A stretch of 64,000 nucleotides of DNA, taken from contig NC_059425.1 of assembly GCF_021028975.2 (NCBI RefSeq), positions 112,530,001 to 112,594,000 on the forward strand, given 5' to 3'. The position numbers were made by a program, and so were the translations under genes. Every line of letters starts with the position of its first letter. Position 1 is the stretch's first letter. The notes under the pieces were generated by a model. That model was given only the letters and a program-made list of their open reading frames with translations. It ran no database searches and was not told the origin of the DNA. Shown here piece after piece: positions 15,309 to 28,746 of this stretch. The stretch is from Sphaerodactylus townsendi (Eukaryota).

Positions 15309-15580
15309 GGTCGTTTCCCCACTTACCATGACCACCCTTTGCTGCACGCTACTCTCAGTGCACATCATTTCTGGCGCGCTCCTGGGCTTCCCCACGACCC
15401 CCTAAGGTCATCAAAAGGCGCCGTTTTGAGGAGCGCCAGGAATGACGAGCACTGAGGTGGCGCGAGAGCAGCAGCGTCGGGGCGGCTGTGTTGTCACCGC
15501 CCCTGTAGTGGGGAGTGCCGGGGGACCCCACGCTACTTGGCGACAGTAGCACGCAGCAGATGGTAAGTGGGAAAATGACC
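15309..15580. mobile_element. Harbinger-like MITE
   Basis: TIRs GGTCGTTTCCCCACTTACC...GGTAAGTGGGAAAATGACC; 3-bp AAA flanks. Confidence 0.75.
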
Positions 15581-16570
15581 AAAAACTGGATTTTCAATAA
15601 TAGAATGGGGGTAAAGAAGGCAATTAAAACCTGATCTTTTCCTTTAAAACATCACCCACTAATTTTGTTTTAAAAAATGAGTAAAAATCACAGAATTAAA
15701 CTGTAACATATATTCCATTCCAAGAGGCCCCAGTGGCCTGCGATATAGGGGAGGAATAATTTAATTGTGCTATTAGCAAGCCCTCCATCAGCTTTCTATT
15801 TAATAATGCTATTTGAGAGCCATAAACTTGACCCTAGTGCCGCTTTGCTCTTTTGTCCAGAGAAACCCAGAAGAAAATGAGATACAGGAAATAAAATCAG
15901 GCTAGCATGTAAATTAGGTTAAGGCAAATGATCTAATGAATGGCAATGAAATAAAGCCCTGGTTCTTTTGTTAGATTTTTCTCTTCCTGAGGGGAGGAAA
16001 AATATTGTGGAATAGACTTAACATATCACCACCAGGACCTGGGTTGCCCACAAGTTTGACCACTTGGGCTTACTGGCCTTCTGCAAATAGTTCTAGTATC
16101 TTTTTCGTGTTCATTTTAAACTATATTTGTTTTCTTTTGCAAATATCCACCAACTTTATTTGACTTTACTGAAAATATTTGGGTTAAAAAACCCAAACCT
16201 GATTTTTTTCAGTTCAAGAATTTTATATAGCTAATAGCTGTGTTCTGAGCGCAGAAGAAAGGACTCAGACACCAGCCTGGGGAGAAACTGTCTCACTCAG
16301 GCAGTCTGCCTGTTCATGTCACTCCTTATATGAGTCAGCTGCATATCACAACATGAGGCACAACTAGCTGGGAATTGGTAAAAGAGGTTAAATAAAAGGC
16401 AAACATGCATCAATGAAAATTCACTATAGCCTCCTTATCATTTAACATTCTTGCTTGTCTGCATCCAAAACACTCAGGTTCTTAGGATCCTTGCTATCTG
16501 ATGAGAAGAGCTCCTGCAAACTACTGTGTTACAAGGACCTCAGGCTTCAGTTTCTGAGTGCTGCTGCATG

Positions 16571-16806
16571 TAGCTGGACCAAACTACACCCGGGGCCGAT
16601 TATAAGTTTTCCAGTCCCCATAGGCAATGCCCCCCCCCCTGTGGCTTCCAGCGCCCCACCCCACTTACCTTAGTTTAGGCTGGAACCAGAGGCGTAGCTG
16701 GACCAAACTACACCCGGGGCCGATTCTAAGTTTTCCAGTCCCCATAGGCAATGCCCCCCCTGTGGCCCCCAGCGCCCCACCCCACTTACCTTAGTTTAGG
16801 CTGGAA
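16571..16806. repeat. About 124-bp-period tandem duplication at the end of a hAT-like element (element runs to about 17020)
   Basis: tagctggaccaaactacacccggggccgatt...cttaccttagtttaggctggaa occurs at 16571 and 16695. Confidence 0.85.
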
Positions 16807-18333
16807 AAGTTCAGGCCTGTCTGGAATAGGCTGAGGCCTGGGTGGGAACTACACTACTCAGGAGTGACCCTGGGGTGGTAGGAACTCTACCCAGGGCCCT
16901 TTGCAGGTATGCAGGGGTAGGGAAGTGGGGGCATAAGCCATGGGGGGATGATTTTTCACCCCCAGGCGCGCGCCCAGTGCAATGTGCATAGCCCCACCGC
17001 CTTGTAGCTCTGCTACTAGATCAGCAGCTTTGGGAAATGTAGGCTCAACTGTTCTTAGACATGGTCACAGCAGTTTCCAAGATTATGGTTGCCAACTCTG
17101 ATTTGGGAAGCTTCTGGAGATTTGGGATAGTGTAGGGTTGCTATCCACAACTCGCAGGCTGATGGGAGCATTTGGTTGCAGTCGAGCAGCAGCAATGTCT
17201 TCAATGTCACACTGATGCAGAATATCACTTTTTGAACAAAAATGGAGATAATATCATCGTGTTGGGATGGCAGTGTAAAATTCACTCAAAACTGTATGGT
17301 TCAACCATAAAGTTTTAGGTGAATCCTAATTATGTAACCTCATGTTTTTCCAGAACGGAAGAGCTCCCCCCTAATTTTCTCCCACTGGCCTATAAAGAGG
17401 CAGCAAGGATTGGGGGAACCTCCCCCTCACCCTAGGGGAGTGTCTGGAGAAGGCAGAATTTGGGAATGGAAGAACGGTTAGCTGCTGTTTCCTTCAGGGT
17501 AACTGCTCTCTCTAATATTCAGTTGAGCTGTAATTCCAGGGGATACCCAGGTCCCACCTGGATGCTGGCATCTCTAGAAATAGAGGGTAGCCCACCCATC
17601 TTTAACTGTAGAGATACCAGCCTCCAAGTGGGACCTGAGGACCCCCCAGAATTACAACTGATCTCCACACTACATATATCAATTCCCCTACAGAAAATGG
17701 ATGCTTTTGAGGGTAGACTCTATGGTATTGTACCCCACTAAGGTCACTGTCCTCCCAAGGCTCCATTCCCAAATTTCTGGGAGTTTCCCAGCCTGGAGCT
17801 GGCAACTTCCCCCTGCTCCAGTTGAAAGGACCTGGACACCCTAAATGTGGTCAGATGTAGGCTGAATCAGTTGTTATTTAAGATGCGTATATCATCATTT
17901 TGTCACTTGGTTTGCATTCAGCACAAATGGGATTTGTTTAAAATTTGTAATATCTGCTTTCATGCTGACAAATGACTTGAGTAATGGAACCATGAAAGAA
18001 CAACACTCTGCAGCCTGTTTATTGACTCAGTCCACCTCTGGCTGTGTGCCATTGGTCATGTGACTCAACTCTGTTAAAAAGGTCTCTCGAGTATTTTGTG
18101 CCTTTCTTGTATGCTGTGTATTTCTTGGACACATGCAACGGTCCCTCTGCTATTACATCTTTACATTACTATGTAAATCGTAAATAATACCTTCTCTGTG
18201 CCTTTTAATAAACTGAGGCCACCTGTTGGAAGACTGTCCAGAGTACGTCATAGCATTCTCTTAGCATTTCATGATTGGCTCTTTTTTCTTTTTGTTCTGT
18301 TCTAACCTCTTAATAGTCTTGTTTGTATTGTAG

Positions 18334-18471
<138 letters not shown>

Positions 18472-18984
18472 TGCTCTTGAACTTTCTCAAATGATCTCAA
18501 GTGGTTTAAGCTCAAGAAAGAATGTCATAATATTGCGAAAGCTCCATGCATCATTACGACTCCGTGTCCCATGTTCCTGGCTGAAACCAGTTCTGTGATC
18601 CACAGTCATCTTTTGGCCAATAGGAATTCATCTCTCAACTCGCTTGAGAAATGGTTTTGATTTTTAGATCATCCTAACAGTCTTCAGTGTTTTTATTGGA
18701 TTAGGTAACAATGTCCCTCTTACATGTGTGAGATATATCTCACAGTTACATTTTTCCTTTAAATGACATCCACCAATATTCATCTTACTGTCAAGTTTTT
18801 TTAAATTTAAATAATATATAGTTCTGTATATTCTGACTTTTCCAGCACACAGCAGGAAGAAATGCTGTTTGCATAGTCATGTGTTTGTAGGTGCATGTGT
18901 TGGAATAGAAAGTATACTTGTCTGTATTTAGAAAAGACAAACTCAATACTAGTGCTGATAGTGTAATTACAACATATATGCCTA

Positions 18985-18985
<1 letters not shown>

Positions 18986-19024
<39 letters not shown>
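18986..19024. repeat. (CT)n microsatellite
   Basis: Direct reading. Confidence 0.95.
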
Positions 19025-19027
<3 letters not shown>

Positions 19028-21167
19028 CTTATTTTAAAATATACAGTATTAGCAGTGACTGTATTTCCTTTATCTTTACAGATTTCACAGGTCTGATATT
19101 TGATAAACAGAAAGTAAAAGTTTTTTGTAACTGTCATAGCAGTGAACAGGCATTTGTACAACATGTATCAGAAAGAGGTTAGCTCAATGGATTAGTCCCT
19201 CCGCCATGCTTGATGCTACCTTTTTCCTTCTTGACTTGTCTAACCTTCATAATGCCAGGTCACTATGGACATTTGTTCCCCTGAGTTATAAAGTGCTCTA
19301 CTATTTATAACAGCATTACCCTTTTTCAGTGCACAAACATTCCTAAAATATCTATTTTAAATGCTAGAGTCTGCTAGTCATTGTGACATAGCTCAATGAC
19401 TGAATTCTGCTTGCTTTATTTAACCAAAAAATATGAATTATAGAGAGAGGAAAGATTAGTCACACAACACTTTAATGTGGAACTAAAGATTATGAGAAGA
19501 ACAGGGTTTCTAGTACAATGAACTTTGTGTCCTGACATCATGATGTTAATGTGTTCCCATGTAGCAGCAGCTTACAAGTGAAGTGGGGTGGAGAAATGTG
19601 TGGTGTTGTGGTTTCAAGATATGAGGTAAAATGAAATTTATGTCTTTAAGGGGATGGGATCAAGTGATCTTTTAGGCTCCATATTTCTTGGAATGTTACT
19701 TCCACCTTTAGCAATGTTATTTCCTCCTTTTCTCTAAAAATGCTAAATTATACAGAGTTATTAGAATTAGAATTTGCCAAGTGTCAGGACTTGGCCTGAA
19801 CTGTTTAGTTTTGGCCTAGTATTCTTGCTATAGTAATCATTAGATCAAAGACAAGGACTAGGGTCTTGCTTTTGATGGAAGCAGAAGAAATAAGCTACCA
19901 TTGAAGTACAGGAGTCTGCACTTGATCTGCTCTTCCTTAATTTACTACTGCATTTTGGATGGCCAAGGCAACATCACACATTCTGCTCCCATAAATGCTT
20001 CAAGCAGCTCTCAGCTATGAGGTTTGCTTGCATTCTGGCACAAGCCTGACATACAGTACATAAATATTGCATCAAGATAGGATTGCTGTGGTGCCAGAAA
20101 TCCTAGACGGATGGCATTACAAATACGCATGTGCCATCATCTGTCTCTGTGTTGTTGGCTTTTAGTGTGCTATGTGCATAGCCAGGTTTGTTTCCCCTTT
20201 TCAACGGTCTGAATGACATGTAGATCATGCCGGACTATGTTAAAGTGTGCTGAGAAATGTCACCTTCCTTTTTCTGAATTTTCACCCATCTACCTGCCTT
20301 GCAAGAAACAAAGAGGCAATCTGATTATTGCTTCTCTCTGTGCATTCCACTTCAGAACAGACAACAGGTCTGCAGGTATTCTAAGCAAGCTTTCAATGTA
20401 CTCTTTTAACATACTTGTTTAATGAGCATTTGATAAGTTTGCAAAAAAAAGGTGGTGGTGAAGGGGGGAGAGGTTACAATTCTGTTGTCTTGTGAGATGA
20501 CTTGGGGAAAGGATTGTGGTAATTCAGGTAGTGATTATATTGCCCCTGTCTTGTGATGAAAAGAGCCAGGGAATAGGTCTGTGTATATAGTGTGCTAATA
20601 TATATGTATATAAAAATTCTGTGCCACAGTGATCCATATTTGTGAAAACTGAATTCTGCAATATGTATAAAATGCAAATTAAGCCAATTTGCATATTGTA
20701 TTCTGCTCCTGTTAGTCATGGGGAGGAACAAAGAGTGGAATCCCTTGTATCAATTCCTAACCCCCATATATCCGCATTTTATCCAGCATTGTCTGTATGC
20801 TATTGTTGCAGTTTTAAGGGCCAGAAAGTTAAAATCCCCCATCCCATGATAGCTAAGAATCACAGGATGTTGAATCCTACAACAATTCTACATGCTACTT
20901 AGTACAGTAGCAGAATACCTACAGCTCTGGGCAAAAATATATTTTACAATTTCCATTCTGTTATACTTCATTCTCAAATACTGTTTGATTACTCAGTGGG
21001 AAAGTGGCAATGCAACCAAAACAGCTATAGGCATTTACAGTATCAGAAACACCAAAACCAGTATTATCCATCAGGTTTTCATAAGCATCCTCTATGCAAA
21101 ATGCCATTGTATTAAAAAAAATTATTGGTAACTGAACACTTCTAATGATTTGCAGATCTATTTCGCC

Positions 21168-22420
21168 CAGAGGTGGGATCCAACCAGTTCTCACCACTTC
21201 TCTAGAAGTGGTTACTAATTTTTTCTGAGTTCCTAGAAGGGGTTACTAAAGCAACCTCCCTGCCCAATAGGGACTGGAGATGCGTGTGTGCGGCGGCGCC
21301 ACTGTTTGAATCCCACCATAAGAACATAAGAACAAGCCAGCTGGATCAGACCAAAGTCCATCTAGTCCAGCTCTCTGCTACTCGCAGTGGCCCATCAGGT
21401 GCCTTTGGGAGCTCACATGTAGGATGTGAACGCAATGGCCTTCTGCGGCTGTTGCTCCCGATCACCTCATCTTGTTAAGGCATTTGCAATCTCAGATCAG
21501 TGAGACTCAAGATTGGTAGCCATTACAACTCGACTTCTCCTCCATGGGCAATCTGTCCAAGCCCCTTTTATAGCTATCCAGGTTAGTGGCCATCACCACC
21601 TCCTGTGGCAGCATATTCCAAACACCAATCACACGTTGCGTGAAGAAGTGTTTCCTTTTATTAGTCCTAATTCTTCCCCCCAGCATTTTCAATGAATGCC
21701 CCTTGGTTCTAGTATTGTGAGAAAGAGAGAAAAATTTCTCTCTGTCAACATTTTCTACCCCATGCATAATTTTGTAGACTTCAATCATATCCCCCCTCAG
21801 CCAGCCTCCTCTCCAAACTAAAGAGTCCCAAACGCTGCAGCCTCTCCTGCTAGGGAAGGTGCTCCAGTCCCTCAATCATCCTTGTTGCCCTTCTCTGCAC
21901 TTTTTTCTTCTATCTCCTCAATATCCTTTTTTGAGATGCGGCAATTAGAACTGGACACAGTACTCTAAGTGCAGTCAGCATTCACTGCTTTTATATAAGG
22001 GCATGACAATCCTTGCAGTTTTATTATCAATTCCTTTCCTAATGATCCCCTACATAGAGTTTGCCTTTTTCACAGCTGCCATGCATTGAGTTGACATTCC
22101 CATGGAACTATCAACTAAGACGCCTAAATCCCTTTCCTGGTCTGTGACTGATAGCACTGACCCCTGTAGCGTGTATGTGAAGTTTGGATTTTTTGCCCCT
22201 ATGTGCATCACTTTACATTTTGCTACATTGAACTGCATTTGCCATTTCTGAGCCCATTCACCTAATTTATCAAGGTCCGCTTGGAGCTCTTCGCAATCCT
22301 TTGTGGTTCTCACCACCCTACATAATTTGGTATCATCTGCAAACTTGGCCACCACGCTACCCACCCCTACTTCCAGGTCATTTATGAACGTGTTATTAAA
22401 AATTTTGGATCCCACCACTG
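21168..22420. mobile_element. hAT MITE carrying a nested CR1 fragment
   Basis: TIRs CAGAGGTGGGATCCAA...TTGGATCCCACCACTG; TSD atttcgcc/gtttcgcc (7/8). Confidence 0.8.
21317..22388 (-). mobile_element. CR1 LINE, 5'-truncated (RT C-terminus and 3' tail)
   Basis: ORFs KFADDTKL...WQMQFNVAKCKVMHIG and LRGDMIEVYKIMHG...FFTQRV; tail (TTCTTATG)2. Confidence 0.92.
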
Positions 22421-24169
22421 GTTTCGCCCCTTTGCAATTTTACACAGCATAGTGATAGAAGGGCCAAAGTTTATTACTCAGGAAAAATGCTGTTCATGCA
22501 GAAGAATCCAAGGCTCAGTCCCTGAAATCATACTGCAGGATGGAGAAGCCTTTTCGCTGGAGCTCTAAAGGGTAGGGTAGCCAAATTCAGCTTGGGAAAT
22601 TACTGTAAATTTGGAGATGGAGCCAAGGGACAGTGGGGTTTGGTAAGAAGTTTAGTGGGGATGAATTCATGCTATAGCAACCATTTCCTCCAGAGAAACC
22701 AGTCTGAAACCAGTCTGAAAATCAATTTTAATTCCAGGAGACCTCTAGGTCCCACCTGAATACTGGCAATCCTGCTGACAGTCAAAATGGCTGCTGTACT
22801 GGAATCAATGGATCAATAGTTGGTTTTTGTATAAAACACATTCATAAATCCAGTTATTCTATTATTGCTTCCTAATGAAAGTATGTTAACTGGTAGAATA
22901 CCTGAAAGTGAAATGTACATGTGCTTGTGTGATACATGCTAAATGTTATCGGAAAATTATAGCATCTAAAAACATCTGTACAACATCTGGGAGACAGCCC
23001 TCTTCTTTCAGATGCATTTTGCTACTCTCACCCTCAAGACAATGCCATACCATTTCTTCAGACACTGCTTTCCCCCTTCTTTATCACTACCATTTATGAT
23101 TCGTAAAGCACTTAAAAATTGCTTTTCAAGAACTGTTATTCTGTGGGGTAGGGTTCTAGAGGGATTTGCACATAGAACAAATGCCACAGCTAAGAAGCAG
23201 ACAATGTGTCCTTCTCAGGACTATTCAGGACTATTCCCTGTTCACTGTATTACCGGTACATTTTTCATTGAGCCTGAAAAAATATATGCATGTTCTTGAA
23301 AAGTGATAAGAGATGAGTCTGGAAATATGTAATATTTTTTGCAAAATATTCAAAGTTATAACAATAATTTCCATACATAAGAACCATACTAAAACTGATT
23401 TTTCTTTTTTCTTTTTTTGGTATCCTGACATGAGGTTAAGATATGGTTGCATTTTTTTCTGTCAAGGCTGTGACAGTTGTGTAGCACACAAAAATGCATC
23501 AGGTTATTGACAGTGACTCAAATATCTTTACCTGCTGAATGTTCTCATGTCAATCAACTGTTAAAGGATACAGATATCCTATTGCAAACATTGTCAATTG
23601 TTGACCATTAGACAGAGGTACCTGAATTAGAGGGAACATATACTGTACTCTTGTTTGCCTGAAGGGGGCAATCCATTTGACCTGTCTGGAAACCCCTTTT
23701 GCGGGTAGAGGTGTGGTGCTCTTAAGACTCCCACTCCCCCCTAGATGAAATAAACACATAACAACTTTGTGTGGATAAAATATTGACCATAGCCAGAGGT
23801 TTATTGACAGAGAGTAGAAGGAAGCAAATGGCGCAGCATGGGGAGGGGGTGATCCCTCCTCTGGGCAGCCCGAGTGCTGTCCCCCAGAGTCCACCGAATT
23901 CCTTGAGCCCACCTGCTGAATGAATTGACCGTAAGGCAATATTAGAGTGGGCGATCCCAGGTGGGCGATGTGCCCCTGTCTGGTGACCCTCTCTAAATGC
24001 TGCTAGGGGCGCAAGCCATCTTAGCCCCACCAGGCATTTAACCATCTGCTTGCTCCACCCCGACCTCTTATGGAGGCTCCCCCAGCTTCCTCTTTCCAGT
24101 GGATCACACACCCCATGCGCAACCTGCCATGTGGGACCCCCCATATGGCTCCTGCCAAATGCTTCCTAA

Positions 24170-24729
24170 TCTCCCAGCCAATCACACAGCTCTGCCCTCA
24201 AGCTATGCAGCCACAGGTCCATACCCCAATGAAATAAGTATACCCCATCCGTTCTAAACAGAGCCTCCAGCCTAAAAGAAATGTCATGGTGTGGCACTCC
24301 TTGACCCCAAAAGTCCTGTACAAAATGTGTTACCACCCGGCAAGTCTACGATCCACCCAAGTAGGGTCCGTGGCACCACTCCAAGAGCATCTCTCCAGCA
24401 GGTACGACCAAAAAAGCCTTGCTCCCGGTAACAGCTGGTGAATAAAGTCCAAGTCCACCAAGATCGTCTGAAGCAGGTGAACACTCCACACCGATGTGAT
24501 GTCATTTTCCCCAAGTTGAACCACACTAACGCATGAGGTGGGCCGTGGGCTTCCAGCTCGTCTCGAAGGAGAGGAATAAGGTCATGCCAGAGCATGCCTC
24601 TTTTCCCAAACCAGTAGATTTGTGCCCGGTGGTGGAGGCCAAGGTCCCGACCCCAGCCTAATGAAGCTACGTATCTAGCTGCCCAAAGCACAATGCTGTG
24701 TCCCATGACCCAAACACTTCGCCTGGCAC
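24170..24729 (-). pseudogene. Ngaro copy 1 SGNH/GDSL hydrolase domain
   Basis: Block I VWVMGHSIV, block II GKRGM, block III QLGEND, block V-like RTDGVY. Confidence 0.8.
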
Positions 24730-24799
24730 CTGAAAAAACTGACAGAAAAGTTAGCCGAGGTAACACGTTTTACCCCCTCAGTGCTGCATTAGTGGCCTA

Positions 24800-25660
24800 A
24801 TTTAGGTCTTGTAGGATGTAGAACACCAACATCTGACATCCATGACCCTGTTCACTGGTACCCCCATTGCAGCTAAGGAAGAAGCCGTCCCTATCCTAAA
24901 GGAATGTAGGCCAAAAGCAGAGACCGGGAGATTCAGGGCAGACAGGCAGAGCTGCAAGAGGGCGGCTAGTAGTTACCTTGATAAGCACGTACCATTGGCA
25001 TGCAGGAACAAGCCCCCCCAATTTTGGGTGGATGGCCAGGTATGCTGCCTTGTCCCCTACTGGGCAAGGACCCGGAAGTGTGGAGGCCTGAATAGAAATG
25101 TGTGTGCCCCTCACCCTCTGGTCTGTCTTGGACTGCCTCAGATGAGGCAGTGCCTGTCTTGGACTGCCTCAGACGAATGTAAATGGTGTGGCCCACAATG
25201 TTAACATCATTTATTGACAGGGGTCTGATGCTGTGGTCAGCCCAGGAGGCAGAGACCAATTTGCTACTGTGAAATGCCCCCCAAAAGGCCAAGCTGAAGG
25301 CCGCTATGAGTAAGATTGTTTCAAATTGCGAAGTGCAAATCTGGGGCAGTGTGCTAGCTAGCCGGCCAGAAGTTCCCATGAAATGGGGTGGCGTCTGTCC
25401 TGAGGACGCGGTGCGGGATCTTGCCCACCCTTTGACAGCCTGTTCACGTGGGCAAATCTATGGGATCTGCAAGGCCAGAGGCCTTGCAACAAAAGGATAC
25501 TGCTGCCAAGTGCAGGTGCATGGTCTTGGCTGCTTGACCTTGAGTGCAAAGGTGGGTGAGGTAACTGGCTTGTTTCCCTTGAGACCTGTGGAATGCTAGG
25601 AATGATCTAATGGCCCCCTGATAAGCTTGCTGCATTGCAGGGGCAACTTAGGCCAGCACT
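24800..25660 (-). pseudogene. Ngaro copy 1 tyrosine recombinase (frameshifted)
   Basis: AAFSLAFWGAFHSSKLV, RQSKT, CPV, and GLHSFRIGTAS read on minus near 24880-24912. Confidence 0.85.
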
Positions 25661-25670
25661 CCACCCAAGA

Positions 25671-26140
25671 TTACTCGCTCCCAAGATCCCACAGCTTCTG
25701 TGGGAAGGGCTCCAGCTCCGGGCAAGCCTCTGGTGCCAGCTCCTGAAATCTCTGCATCTGGAAACGTGAGAGGGCATCTGCTATCCCATTGTTGATCCCT
25801 GGAATATGATGGGCCACGGAAGAAATGTTATTAACCAGTGATACCACCACAAACCTCTGTACTAAACGCATCATCCGCTCAGAGCGAGAGGATTGACAGT
25901 TGATAATCCTGACCGCAGCCTGATAGTCGCACCAGAAGACCACCCTGCTGTTGGCAAACTGCTGTCGCTATAAGTAGAGGGCTACCAGGATAGGAAAAAA
26001 CTCTAGGAAGGTAAATTCCTTGAGGAGGCCAGTCGTTTTCCACCCCTGGGACCAGCGCTCAGCGTACCATTAACCCTTGAAGTAAACCCCAAATCCAGGC
26101 TTCCTGATGCGTCAGAGTGGATCTGAAGGGAGGTTTCCAA
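25671..26140 (-). pseudogene. Ngaro copy 1 RNase H
   Basis: HSDASGS, FWCDYQAAV, HIPGINNGIADALSRFQ. Confidence 0.88.
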
Positions 26141-26229
26141 GTCAGGCGGGTCTGCCATAGAGAGACCCCATTGAAGTGCCTGAAAAACTTCTGCCAAACC
26201 GGCAGATCCGCTTTTATGCCCTTTGTCAG

Positions 26230-27250
26230 CTATATGTAATGGTGAGGGGCAGTGACCCCTCGGGTAGCATGTGCCAACCTGGCGCAAAAGGGCCTCCGAG
26301 GTGAGACAACACAGCATGCAAAACTGAGGTGGACTAATAACACTTGGATGCCCTTTAATACACATTTCATTTTCCCATCCAGGTGGCCTAACAATTCATA
26401 GGGCTTGGAGAGCTTATTAGGAGGAAGGCTGGATGTGCTTCTCACTGTGTCCAGAGTGATCCCTAGAAAAACCAAGGAGGTGGAGGGCCCCTCCATCTTT
26501 TCACTGGCCAATGGGACTCTGAGTTCAGAAGTTAGTGCCTGAAAGGCAGCAAGCCTAAGGTGGCATTGTTGCGTACCTGCTTGGCCCACAAAAAGAAAAT
26601 CATCCAAGTAATGTGTGATGTGGGGGCTGGCTGACTGGCCCTTGGTTGCCCATTCCAGCAATGAACTAAAAGATTCGAAGGCTGCTACTGAGCAGCCCAT
26701 GGGCATGGCTTTATCCATGAACCACTGTCCCCTAAACTTGATGCCCAGTAGACAGAAGTCCTCAGGGTGAATGGGAAGTAGATGAAAAGCAGACTGGATG
26801 TCACACTTGGCAAACAGCAACCCAGGGCCGCATGACTGGATCAAATTAATGGCATGGTCGAGGGACGCGTAGCGCACCGAACTAAGCCCTTCGTCTATAA
26901 AATCATTCACGGATGACCGTTTGGGATAGGATAGGTGGTGAATTAAGCAGAATTCCCCAGGAGCCTTCTTAGGCACTACCCCCAGAGGGAAGACCCAAAG
27001 GTTAAGGGGGGGGGCAGAAAAAGGGCCAGCCATGCGGCCAGCTGCAACTTCTTTACCCAGCTTGGCTGCCACCACCTCAGGCAAAACGTGAGCCGATTTG
27101 AGATTATTGTAGTCAGTGGGCACACAGGGGGCAGTGTATGGGACTCAGAAACCCTGTAAAAAACCTCCCATAGGAATTTGGCTGCTGTCCGGTTGGGATA
27201 TGAGGCCAATAGGGGAGCCAGAATGGGCAACTTGATTGGGGTGCTGGCGA
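26230..27250 (-). pseudogene. Ngaro copy 1 reverse transcriptase
   Basis: PLGVVPKK..GEFCLIHHLSYP, KCDIQSAF, MPMGCS, HYLDDFL in the 297-aa ORF. Confidence 0.92.
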
Positions 27251-27419
27251 GGCACTCCCAATGACCAGGCTCTGTGGAGTTATGATGAGGTAGAGGTTGT
27301 GGAGGGGTCCGACCCTCCCCCTCTAAGAGCTGGGTTGACCAGAGGTCGGGCTCCTCGAAAGGGCTGTGGCTTCCAGCTCCTAGGGCAGGCAAACCTGACA
27401 TGAGGACTAGCAAGAATCG

Positions 27420-28746
27420 ACGAAAAGGAATCTTCTGTATCTCACCTCTGGCATTTACACTGATTGTACTCTCAACATTTGAGGTCCTTCCCCCCTTCCA
27501 ATTGGGGTCCTTCCCCCTGAAAATTGGCCCTTTTCTTGTACTGGAAACCAAGGGCAGGTGAAGGGCTGGACAAACATTGTCCAGGCCTCATTATTTATAA
27601 TGTCCCAGTGGGTATCACTGCGACAAGATGTAGATCTCCTAAATTCCTCATTGTAATTTATGGCAGCACTATCACCCCCAATGAGGCGGGCCCTACCCAC
27701 ATTGCATTGATGGGTAGCTAACTGCCAGGCCCTGAGCGGGTGAGCCACAGAAATCAATGCCATATGTTCTCCATAACCTACAAACCAATTGTCAAATGTC
27801 CTCTCCACCCATTTTGACTTGCTTGATGATGTGGAAGAACCTGGAAGGATAACTTTGAAAACGTCCATATAGTACCCATTAAGGGCCCTCTCCTTTACCT
27901 TTTTTGATAGGTGCCGACCCGGTGGGGCCTTAGCTGGTTCACTACCATGAAAGGTGAGGGGGGAGGAGATCCCCTTCAGGGAAACCCAGGCTACTTCCCT
28001 GCATTTGCTAAGGCCCTGACGGAGTGAAGGAATGGCTGCCCTGACCTCCCAGAATGTCCATTCCCATGAGGAGAATTGTCATCTGAGGAGTACTCACTGG
28101 ACGACGAAGATGAGGTGGAGCAGCAGCTTGAAGACCAGCATAAGACTTCCCGCGCTCTTTCCCCTGCTTTCTGACCGCAGCTGGGGTCCAGCTTCCCATG
28201 TCTCCTCCTCGATACCACCAGGACTGCTTCCTTCGACCTGTGTGAAAGTATCCTTTTCCATTCTCTGCTGACTCTTCTTACTGACTTCAGAGGCCGGTAA
28301 GAGGCAGCAAAATGGCGATGTTTTGTTGTAAAGTATTAGCCAGCTGTGTGAATATTTTGGCTAAGTTCTGAAAAATAAGGGAACTCATTTCCGACATTGC
28401 AGCCACCGGATTAGTACCACCTCTACTTGTAGTCACAGTGGGTACCCTTACCTTGTGTCACTAGATTGGGGAGCTGCCTGCTGCAGCTTCATGGACCACC
28501 CCCTTAGAGGGGCCAGCAAGGTCAGGTTGGGTTTTGCCCCACTTTGTGCTGGCGATCCATACATGCTGACCTGTGTGTGTTATCCCTGCCTGGTGACCTG
28601 CCTCCTACAGCAGCTTAGAGGCACGCCGCCATGTTCATGTCAGCCTGTGAGGGTGCTACAGACTGCACTCGAGTTTTGGGTGCCTTGGTGACTGGCACTT
28701 TGCCCAAGCTAGGAGCTTTGCGCTTGCTGCTCCTTTGAGGTGCCAT
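27420..28746 (-). pseudogene. Ngaro copy 1 gag-like ORF (interrupted)
   Basis: Starts MAPQRSSKRKAPS, homologous to copy 2 MAPAKGDKRKTPS; C-terminal ERTFDNW...YNEEFR...HWDIINNEAW; in-frame stops. Confidence 0.7.
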
